A stretch of 63,657 bases of DNA, the filler included. It is 3 parts of 3 records of this genome, joined end to end, with 100 filler letters (N's around TTAATTAATTAA, not from the genome) between each part and the next. Parts side by side here need not be neighbours in the genome. Positions count along the whole stretch, not along the records: positions 26,686 to 55,174 come from SRR31156797_493; 2 more parts are not named here. One strand, given 5' to 3'. Numbering within the stretch: position 1 is the stretch's first letter; each line of letters begins with the position of its first letter. Below the pieces are notes generated by a model. It saw only the letters and a program-made list of their open reading frames with translations. It was not told where the DNA came from and did not search any database. A program made the position numbers and the translations under genes. This document shows positions 29,241 through 37,312 of the stretch, in pieces.

Positions 29241-30287
29241 TTACTCATCTTCTGGCTCGTCAAGTTTATTCATTAATTTGTCAAAGTCAGACTGATAAAG
29301 CTGGTCTTGTATTATTCGATATTTTTCAAATTCACTTTCGGCATGTGCTTTTGCAATTTCGGCACTAATTGTCCCAGCATTTTGTAAAATTTTCCTGTCG
29401 TCAAATTTCAAAAACAAATCGAGTCTTTTGGCCCAATCTTCCATTGTCATTGGAATTTTTCGTTTTGCTCTCTCTTCTGCTAAATCCAAATAGGCATTGA
29501 CAATTCTACCTAATGATTCTAATTCTTCTTGGCTTAAGTAATTTTTAGCAATTGCTACATCACTTTTCAAAACTTTTCCATCAGGGCTGTTTTTCCATGA
29601 TGTTAATCCCATGTGCTCCTTCTTACTGTCTGCCCTTTTCGCAATCAATTCAGCTGCTGTATGGTTGTGAATAGCATAATGCAACTTGTTTTGAACTTTT
29701 GCAAAGAATTCTTTTGTTGTAGGAGAAGCAGTATTATAGTCAATACTCGTAGAATAAATATCCGTGATTTTTTGATAAAAACGACGTTCGCTAAGCCGAA
29801 TTTCTCTGATTTCTTCGAGTAAATGTTCAAAATAATCTTCGTTTAGGAATGCCCCATTTTCCATTCGCTTTTTATCCAAAACATACCCTTTAATAGCATA
29901 TTCTCTCAAAACCTGCGTTGCCCATTGCCTGAATTGTGTTGCCCTAATAGAATTAACCCGGTATCCAACTGAAATTATAGCGTCAAGATTATAAAAATCA
30001 ATGTCGCGATTAACTTGTCGTTTCCCTTCTTGTTGAACTATTCGAAATTTTCGAACAGTTCCTTCCTCTTGAACTTCTGAGCTTCTGTATATCTCTTTCA
30101 GATGGTAGTTTATTGTATTAACTTCGACATCAAACAATTCTGCCATCAATTTTTGACTTAACCAAATTGATTCATCTTCATATCGAACTTCTATTGTAGA
30201 TGTCTTGTTTTGATTGGTGAATACCAAAAATTCAGCTGTGCTATTTCTAATTTGTAATTTTTTATCTTTTGAATTCTTATTATTCAT
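29241..30287 (-). CDS. Virulence RhuM-family DNA-binding protein
   Basis: IWLSQKLMAELF, YNLDAIISVGYRVNS..ATQFRQWAT, IREIRLSERRFYQKI. Confidence 0.9.
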   Translation of the reverse strand: MNNKNSKDKKLQIRNSTAEFLVFTNQNKTSTIEVRYEDESIWLSQKLMAELFDVEVNTINYHLKEIYRSSEVQEEGTVRKFRIVQQEGKRQVNRDIDFYNLDAIISVGYRVNSIRATQFRQWATQVLREYAIKGYVLDKKRMENGAFLNEDYFEHLLEEIREIRLSERRFYQKITDIYSTSIDYNTASPTTKEFFAKVQNKLHYAIHNHTAAELIAKRADSKKEHMGLTSWKNSPDGKVLKSDVAIAKNYLSQEELESLGRIVNAYLDLAEERAKRKIPMTMEDWAKRLDLFLKFDDRKILQNAGTISAEIAKAHAESEFEKYRIIQDQLYQSDFDKLMNKLDEPEDE

Positions 30288-30354
30288 AACATTCTATTTT
30301 CAACAAATACAAAAATACAATTTTCCAGCTTACACAATCTTTATTGCATTGGAT

Positions 30355-30613
30355 ACAACCAGCAAAGAGTCGCAACAAGACTTCTCCCCCGCAACCCAAT
30401 TCCTGTGGCAAAGCGAACAGTTCGGTTTATATTGCCGGCTTTGTGCTAATTTTCAGTTCACTTAGCTATTAAAGGTAATTATTCTCAGCCAAACAACGAA
30501 TAAAAGTACTCGAAAAGTAAAAAAATAACATGAACCGTTTGGCTATAAAGAACCCTTATACCATTGGACGCTGTGCTTTATTTAAAAATAGTAAATCTAT
30601 TTGGCACAAGCGG
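30355..30613. repeat. ~260-bp dispersed repeat, copy 2 (upstream of the rhuM-like gene)
   Basis: Colinear with 28863-29130. Confidence 0.85.
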
Positions 30614-30636
30614 CCTTGCGCCATTTGGGGGGAATT

Positions 30637-30709
30637 GAGTTGGGAGTTTTGAGTATTGAGTTTTGAGTTTTGAGTTTTGAGTATTGTGTTGTGAGTTTAG
30701 AGTTATGAG
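30637..30709 (+). repeat. Heptamer tandem repeat (GAGTTTT)n, about 10 degenerate units
   Basis: gagttgg gagtttt gagtatt gagtttt gagtttt gagtttt gagtatt gtgttgt gagttta gagttat. Confidence 0.9.
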
Positions 30710-30812
30710 GGTGGTTTTGTTAGGATATTATTTCCAAGGTGCTTTTTCAAATAAAAAAGTATACCTCAAATAATATAAGTGCAAAAACTAAAACAATAAC
30801 AGTAAATAAAAT

Positions 30813-31889
30813 CTACTTGGACATATACCTTAACCCAATATACTTTAACGCTGCTCCTAACACAGGAATATTGAAAATACGAGTCTTATCTGCTTCATTT
30901 TCTAAACTAAACCATACTCCTAAAGCGTTAGGTTCTCCACCTAACATTTTACGGATTGCGTGGAAGCGTATCTTTTTATCAGAATCAATAGGAACAATGC
31001 CGGCATCTTTTTTATATGCATTTAAAAACCGCTTCATTGAAACTACAGGCCTGAAATATTGAAGTGCTTTTTTTATATTTCCTTCGTTCATTACAATATC
31101 CTTACATGTTTCGCACTCTCCTGCTTTTATTTTCCAAAATGATAATTCATTTGTTTTGATACTGTTATCACATTGAGGACAGTACAGAAACGCTTTATTA
31201 TCAGTCTGAGTGAAAATATCAGCAGCAAAGACTTTCCTAAATTTTGAAAAGCCAAGCGTCATTTTTAACATTAATAATTGAATCATAACAAGCCCTGCGA
31301 ACACAAACTTGAATAAAAAGCCTAACTCAGGGTGAAAAATAACTCCATCGTAAAACCCATGTGCCACACTTGCTAAAATCAGCGCTAGTAAAATCCCTAA
31401 ATAATTCTGATGTACTCGGACATGAATATAATAGGCTATACCCAAATAACCCGAAAATGAGATATGCCCGAGCGTTGAAAAAAACGACCTTTGAAAAAGT
31501 AATAAAAATGGTGTTTCAGATGAGAAAGCATACAGAATATTTTCAATAACAGAAAAACCTAATGCGACGGCCGTAATGTATATAATACCATCGACTATTT
31601 CATTAAAATCCTTCTTTATAAATTGTACCAAAAGCATTAGAGCCAACAATTTTGAAAGCTCTTCAATCAGGCCAATCTTAATTATTGCATCTAAGAAGTT
31701 ATACTCTACATGCACAAACCGATATAGAAATAGCGACACAAAAACCGAAACCACACCACCCAAAACGGTCACTAAAACTAACTTCCCAATGGGTTCTTTC
31801 TCATAAATATCATATGCTCTGGCTATCAGTAAGTAGATAAATCCGACAATGGTTGCCAGTAAAATAATTAAGATACTAATTGTGCTCAT
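30813..31889 (-). CDS. PrsW-family intramembrane metalloprotease
   Basis: YEKEP, IEELSK, LGFSVIENILY, AHGFYD. Confidence 0.85.
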   Translation of the reverse strand: MSTISILIILLATIVGFIYLLIARAYDIYEKEPIGKLVLVTVLGGVVSVFVSLFLYRFVHVEYNFLDAIIKIGLIEELSKLLALMLLVQFIKKDFNEIVDGIIYITAVALGFSVIENILYAFSSETPFLLLFQRSFFSTLGHISFSGYLGIAYYIHVRVHQNYLGILLALILASVAHGFYDGVIFHPELGFLFKFVFAGLVMIQLLMLKMTLGFSKFRKVFAADIFTQTDNKAFLYCPQCDNSIKTNELSFWKIKAGECETCKDIVMNEGNIKKALQYFRPVVSMKRFLNAYKKDAGIVPIDSDKKIRFHAIRKMLGGEPNALGVWFSLENEADKTRIFNIPVLGAALKYIGLRYMSK

Positions 31890-32022
31890 TAATTTTCGTT
31901 ATATAGGATTACTTATTATTGTTATAAAAATAACACAATATTTTTTCACTAACATTATGAATGATAATAGAGTTTATGAGTTCTCCCAAAACTCCATTAT
32001 CATTCAATTTCACTCAATATAA

Positions 32023-33033
32023 CTAAAGTAACACAACGCCCCTCTCCCTTTCTTCAGCTTTTATGGTTTCATCCCAAATGCCTACTTGCACTTCACCAAT
32101 GTGTTTTTTGCGCAGCATATACATACAAACGCGAGACTGACCGATTCCACCGCCTATACTTTCCGGCAATCTATCTTCCAAAAGCAACTTGTGAAACAAA
32201 AGCGATTTTCTATCTAAAGCACCTTTTTCATCCAATTGATGCAAAAGTGCCATTTTATCCACTCGTATACCCATTGATGATATTTCAAAGCTATCTTTTA
32301 AAAGTGGATGCCAAACCAAAATATCGCCGTTTAATCCGGCAAATCCCTCATCGCTTTTCGTACTCCAATCGTCGTAATCCGGAGCGCGACCATCATGGGG
32401 TTCCCCGTTGCTTAATTTTCCTCCTATGCCCATTAAAAATACAGCTCCGTATTGTTTTACAATTTCTCTCTCCCGCTCTTTAGGCTTCAATTCAGGATAC
32501 ATTTTCAATAGCTGCTCAGTATGTATAAATGTTATTTCCGATGGCAATAAAGGCTGCACATCATCATACATACCAGCCACTTGCAATTCCGTTTGTTTCA
32601 ATGCATCATATATTTTACATACCTCTTGCTTTAGGTATTTAATACTGCGCGATTTTGCCGAGATATGCTTTTCCCAGTCCCATTGATCCACATATACGGA
32701 ATGGATGGAACTGTAATCCTCATCGGGTCTGAGCGCTCTCATATCAGTAACAATTCCTTTGTCCTCCTCTACCTCAAGCTCTTGCAAACGCATTCGTTTC
32801 CATTTTGCCAAAGAATTTACAACAACAGCCTTTTTATCCTTCAATTGCTTAATGGGAAAATCAACCGTACGCTCATAGCCATTCAAGTCATCGTTTACAC
32901 CAGTTCCGCTGAGCACAGCAATAGGCGATGATACTTTAGTTAAGCTTAACTTTTGCATTAGTTCCGACTCAAACACTTGTTTGGTGAAAGCAATGGCTTT
33001 TTCGATTTTTAAAATTTCTTGTTTCATAGACAT
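32023..33033 (-). CDS. asnA: Aspartate-ammonia ligase (asparagine synthetase A)
   Basis: SLAKWKR, HSVYVDQWDWE, HDGRAPDYDDW, SIGGGIGQSR. Confidence 0.96.
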   Translation of the reverse strand: MSMKQEILKIEKAIAFTKQVFESELMQKLSLTKVSSPIAVLSGTGVNDDLNGYERTVDFPIKQLKDKKAVVVNSLAKWKRMRLQELEVEEDKGIVTDMRALRPDEDYSSIHSVYVDQWDWEKHISAKSRSIKYLKQEVCKIYDALKQTELQVAGMYDDVQPLLPSEITFIHTEQLLKMYPELKPKEREREIVKQYGAVFLMGIGGKLSNGEPHDGRAPDYDDWSTKSDEGFAGLNGDILVWHPLLKDSFEISSMGIRVDKMALLHQLDEKGALDRKSLLFHKLLLEDRLPESIGGGIGQSRVCMYMLRKKHIGEVQVGIWDETIKAEERERGVVLL

Positions 33034-33062
33034 TTATTTAATTAATTTTCAAAATTTCAGGT

Positions 33063-33091
33063 AAAAAAAAAGCCTGCACACAGGCAGGCTT
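33063..33091 (-). terminator. Attenuator terminator 2 upstream of asnA
   Basis: Minus strand AAGCCTGC-CTGTGT-GCAGGC followed by 9 U. Confidence 0.85.
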
Positions 33092-33105
33092 ATGGCAATA
33101 GTAAT

Positions 33106-33165
33106 TTAGCCTACCGGGGGCGGAGGTTTATTATTATTGTTATTATTTGTGATTTTATAATTCAT
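33106..33165 (-). CDS. Asn-rich leader peptide 2 (MNYKITNNNNNNKPPPPVG)
   Basis: 19-codon ORF with 6 consecutive Asn codons, directly before terminator 2. Confidence 0.8.
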   Translation of the reverse strand: MNYKITNNNNNNKPPPPVG

Positions 33166-33175
33166 ATTTTGGTAT

Positions 33176-33205
33176 AAAAAAAGGCCTTCCGAAAACGGAA
33201 GGCCT
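33176..33205 (-). terminator. Attenuator terminator 1 upstream of asnA
   Basis: Minus strand AGGCCTTCCG-TTTT-CGGAAGGCCT followed by a U tract. Confidence 0.85.
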
Positions 33206-33227
33206 CATTTAGTTCATATTTTTTGCG

Positions 33228-33308
33228 CTAAACTATAACCTTCCTAACTCCGAATGTATTATTATTCGAATTATTAAGATTGTTATTATTTAGAACTGCG
33301 TTTATCAT
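33228..33308 (-). CDS. Asn-rich leader peptide 1 (MINAVLNNNNLNNSNNNTFGVRKVIV)
   Basis: 26-codon ORF with 10 Asn codons, between the promoter and terminator 1. Confidence 0.8.
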   Translation of the reverse strand: MINAVLNNNNLNNSNNNTFGVRKVIV

Positions 33309-33318
33309 AATCTGAAAT

Positions 33319-33351
33319 CAAATATACGTACTAATATTTTAAAAAAGCAAA
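33319..33351 (-). promoter_or_regulatory. Bacteroidota housekeeping promoter for the asnA leader
   Basis: TTTG (33351-33348), 21 nt, TATATTTG (33326-33319); matches the TTTG/TAnnTTTG consensus. Confidence 0.7.
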
Positions 33352-33379
33352 ATTATTATGTTGGAACAATCAATTTAGC

Positions 33380-34483
33380 TTAAGAAACACATGATTTATC
33401 AGTGCCCAAAGATTTTAGCATCATTAGATGTTGACCTAAAGCCTTAAAAAATGATCCATTTACATGATATGGCAAATTATACTTTTGCGTGGTTTCCTGA
33501 ACTATTTTCGACAGTTTTTTATAGTGTACATGACTAATGCTAGGAAAAAGATGGTGTACCACCTGGTAGTTCAATCCACCTACCAACCATGAAAAAACTT
33601 TACTATTTGGTGCAAAATCAGCTGTCGTATACAACTGATGCACAGTCCAATTGCTATCCATTTCATTATTATCATCCGGTAAAGGATAATCAGACGAAGG
33701 AACTACGTGTGCTGTCTGAAAAATTGTACTTAAAATTAATCCGCTTACAAAATGCATCAATAAAAAACCCAACACGATCCAATACCATGCAATTGGGACA
33801 ATGATTATTGGTAATACAAGAAACGCAGCATAATATATAATTTTTGAGAACAACAATTTTACAAAAAGGAGGTTATAATTTCCTGTTCCATCCAATATTG
33901 CTCCATCTCTTTTATATTTAAACAAACGTTTAAAGTCTTTTAGTGTAATCCATGAAAAAGTCATTAAACCATACAATGCCCATGCATAAATATATTGATA
34001 CTTATGTACTTTTTTAAGCGGTTTATGCGGAGAAAAACGCAAAACTCCCCCATGCCCAATATCCTCATCATGACCTTCAACATTGGGATATCCATGATGC
34101 AAAGTATTATGCTGATATTTCCAATTGGCTGGCAAACCACCAAGCACATACAATGACTTTTCAAAAAGCTTGTTTACCCAGGGACGTTTTGAGAATGATC
34201 CATGATTGGCATCATGCATAGTAACCACACCAATACCTGACATCCCTATTCCCATCACAAACCAGGCAATTAATACTGGCATAAGAGTATTAATTACACC
34301 AGCCATCATTAATGCATAGGGTACAAAGTAAACCAACAACATCATTAGGGTCTTAATCAATATTTGCGTACCTCCAAACTTTGAAATTCCTTTATTTTCA
34401 AAGTATCTGTTCACTGCTGCATACAACTCTGCGGTAAATTCCACATTATTGTTTTTATACCTTATCTTATCCATATTATTCAC
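33380..34483 (-). CDS. Fatty acid (acyl-CoA) desaturase
   Basis: His boxes HDANH, HNTLHH and QVVHHLFP; TM segments. Confidence 0.9.
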   Translation of the reverse strand: MNNMDKIRYKNNNVEFTAELYAAVNRYFENKGISKFGGTQILIKTLMMLLVYFVPYALMMAGVINTLMPVLIAWFVMGIGMSGIGVVTMHDANHGSFSKRPWVNKLFEKSLYVLGGLPANWKYQHNTLHHGYPNVEGHDEDIGHGGVLRFSPHKPLKKVHKYQYIYAWALYGLMTFSWITLKDFKRLFKYKRDGAILDGTGNYNLLFVKLLFSKIIYYAAFLVLPIIIVPIAWYWIVLGFLLMHFVSGLILSTIFQTAHVVPSSDYPLPDDNNEMDSNWTVHQLYTTADFAPNSKVFSWLVGGLNYQVVHHLFPSISHVHYKKLSKIVQETTQKYNLPYHVNGSFFKALGQHLMMLKSLGTDKSCVS

Positions 34484-34816
34484 TTAACATTTCTATTCTT
34501 TACTTCTAGACCGTAAAAACTTATTTACATTAAAAATTCCCAAAATAATAGCATAACTACTACTGGGTTATTTATAGAATCATCAAAATCAATTTCACCA
34601 GATAATATTCAGGAACGGGCTAGAGAAAGTAAGCATACTGAGAGTTTGTATATTTTATTCGGCATACTATTAAATCCTTCAGAGACTTTACCTTAAGTCT
34701 CAACGTCACTCACTACAAAATGGTTAAATTGTGATCGGTTAACATACTTCAAAGGAAACAAGCAGCAAATACAAATGTTTAAATTGATTTATAAGGTGCA
34801 ATCTACTGAGTAGATG

Positions 34817-35188
34817 TCATTTCAAGAATCCTTTCCTATTACCTCTGGTAGCATTGGCTGCTTTTATGTTACCTCCACCCCAGGTAAGTCCTGATTTACG
34901 ATCTCGGAAAGGCGAATTATTCATATCCCAACCCTTTGTTTTTGGGTTGTCTTTTTTAATCTCTTCTTTATTATGTTTACCACCTTTATTTTCTTGAATA
35001 ATATTGTTGAGCTTTTTATTGTGAATATATTTCTCAATGATAGTTAAAGGTAAAAAAACTGCTAAAATTAAAATAACACCTGAATAAAGAAATAAATCAT
35101 TAAGTGGGAACTCGGCCATAATACCGATAATTCTCAAAACAATGAGTAATGTTCCTGCTATTCCTGAAATAAATATGGCAATCTTCAA
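34817..35188 (-). CDS. Small two-TM hypothetical protein
   Basis: Hydrophobic N-half, basic C-terminus; TTG start. Confidence 0.6.
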   Translation of the reverse strand: MKIAIFISGIAGTLLIVLRIIGIMAEFPLNDLFLYSGVILILAVFLPLTIIEKYIHNKKLNNIIQENKGGKHNKEEIKKDNPKTKGWDMNNSPFRDRKSGLTWGGGNIKAANATRGNRKGFLK

Positions 35189-35213
35189 AACTATTTCGGA
35201 TTAAAGTTTAAAA

Positions 35214-36053
35214 CTATAAATTTGATGGTATCTTGTCATAAACCATTTTAATGCAGCGTACTTTCAATTCTGTCGATTTTGAAACATTTTGTTGAACACC
35301 CGTTTCAAAATCCTGTGCACTTGCCTGGCCACCAACAGCGGAGACACTCCAATAAAGCTCAGGACTAAATCCGCTTAATTTTTCTTTATTTAAATAAATT
35401 CCATTTAATTGATCTTTTGTAGGTAAAAACCAATCATCATATCCATATGCAGACATATCCGAACAAGCTTCCTTTGCATTTTTATAATTCATCTTATTGT
35501 CAAAATCTTTTGGCATTACCTTATAATCCAAAAAGTCAATTTGAATAATAACCATATTATCATTTGCGGCATCTGCTATATTGGAAAAAAATGCATCCGC
35601 ATTTGAAAGCATTTTGGCAAGATTATCGATTTTCTTAAATAAATCTTTATCACCTTTCTCCGTTGTCAGGTATTCTTGAAATTCTATTGCTCCCGTTATG
35701 GAATTTATAAGTTTAGCGGTAATAAAATAGTTATCTCCCATTTTCTTAATCATAGAAACGCACATAAATTCAGCACTTAACAGCTTGCCTATTTTAGTTA
35801 TTTGATTTTCATCGCCTACATCGACTATACTGTAATTACTTTCTTTGAGCACCTTATCGACTTCTGCCTGTACTATTGGTTTATACAAATTGGATTTTGA
35901 AATGCCTGTACTTAGCATTTCACGCATCACATCCCCAAAACCAGTATCTCCTTTATCATCAGGAGGTAAAACAGCTACTTTATTTTGCGCAAATCCAATT
36001 GAACTAATAACCAGAAATAATAAAATTGCAAGGGTTGTTAATGTGTTTTTCAT
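35214..36053 (-). CDS. Exported protein with a CsgG-like N-domain and a DUF1566/Lcl C-domain
   Basis: Signal peptide; KIGKLLSAEF; YGYDDWFLPTKDQL...YWS...VRCIK. Confidence 0.7.
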   Translation of the reverse strand: MKNTLTTLAILLFLVISSIGFAQNKVAVLPPDDKGDTGFGDVMREMLSTGISKSNLYKPIVQAEVDKVLKESNYSIVDVGDENQITKIGKLLSAEFMCVSMIKKMGDNYFITAKLINSITGAIEFQEYLTTEKGDKDLFKKIDNLAKMLSNADAFFSNIADAANDNMVIIQIDFLDYKVMPKDFDNKMNYKNAKEACSDMSAYGYDDWFLPTKDQLNGIYLNKEKLSGFSPELYWSVSAVGGQASAQDFETGVQQNVSKSTELKVRCIKMVYDKIPSNL

Positions 36054-36229
36054 TTGTTTAAACTGTTTTATTTGTTACATGAATAATCAAATGTAACAAC
36101 ACTTCTGGAAAAAGCAAGATTTTTAACAATTGTATAAGAATTTTATATTATTAAAGAAATGATAATAGCACTTGTACTATAAAAAAAAGTGCGAACAAAA
36201 TGTCCACACTTGATAAATTATGTAGGATA

Positions 36230-36946
36230 CTAAAAATGTATGTTTATTGACAATTGTCCCATTGGTCCAAATTCAGTATAAATACCGTTTTCAGTTTCTT
36301 TTTCTTCTTCATTATCATTATACTTATAGGTGCCTTCTCCTGTGTAAGACTCAACTTTATATTTTATCTCTGTAGAAACTGAAAATTTTGGAGTAATGTA
36401 ATACCTTACACCAATCAAGGGGCTTATACCATATCCCGTATATGTAGTCTTTGACTCAGATTCATAATCGAAATAGAAATCAGTGTCTTCACTTTTTATA
36501 CTTGAACTATATCTATTAAAACCAAAATCAAAACCATAGAATATTTGTGCTTTTCCTAGCGTCATATTTCGCTCGTAACCAATAAAAATACGGGTCATCA
36601 GATTTTTTGATTCTACCTTAAAATCGTCTTCTTTATCATTATATGTATCATTTCCTATTCCAAAAGAAACTTTTGCTCTTAATGCATTTTCTTCAAAATG
36701 AAACTTATACCCTAATCCTATTTTTGTGCTATTTTTATCCATCATGGGATAACTAGAATAATATACCACATAAGGATCAAAATAAACAGGATACATTGGC
36801 ATCACCTCAGGAGCGAAAATATCATCTATAACAATGCTAAGTTCATGCTTAGATTCTGTTGAAACATCTTTAGTTGTTTGTCCCATCGTTAAACTTGAAA
36901 CAAAAAGAAATAATGCAATAATTAATGCTTTGTTAATTGTTTTCAT
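36230..36946 (-). CDS. Outer-membrane beta-barrel protein
   Basis: Signal peptide, alternating beta strands, terminal Phe. Confidence 0.75.
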   Translation of the reverse strand: MKTINKALIIALFLFVSSLTMGQTTKDVSTESKHELSIVIDDIFAPEVMPMYPVYFDPYVVYYSSYPMMDKNSTKIGLGYKFHFEENALRAKVSFGIGNDTYNDKEDDFKVESKNLMTRIFIGYERNMTLGKAQIFYGFDFGFNRYSSSIKSEDTDFYFDYESESKTTYTGYGISPLIGVRYYITPKFSVSTEIKYKVESYTGEGTYKYNDNEEEKETENGIYTEFGPMGQLSINIHF

Positions 36947-37312
36947 TTGAATAATTTTAAAAAGGTTATATAATATTACAATTCATAGCTAAACTAAGTA
37001 GAAAATAGCAATGCAAAAATAAAAATATCTTTTAACTGGTAAAATAATCATGAAAGAATTAATGATTTGACTCCCCTTCTTACAGCCGCCAAAGACTGAT
37101 CGAAGTTCTCAAACCAAGGTTTCAATGGCAATTGAGTAAATGAACCTATTCGACTTCCTTCGGTCTCGGAAGGCTTGCCGCAGGTGTTACGCCAAGGCTT
37201 CTATTTGACAGGTGAGAAATTGAGCCTATTCGACTACGCCAAGGCTTTGTCGAATAAAAAAAAGAGGCGCCTCAGTTAAAAACGCCTCCCTCATTGTTAA
37301 ATTAAAATCAGT

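Noticed and set aside
28863-30709. Repeats considered as a CRISPR array
   Set aside because: Units are ~265 bp or 7 bp with no repeat-spacer periodicity, and there are no cas genes in the window.
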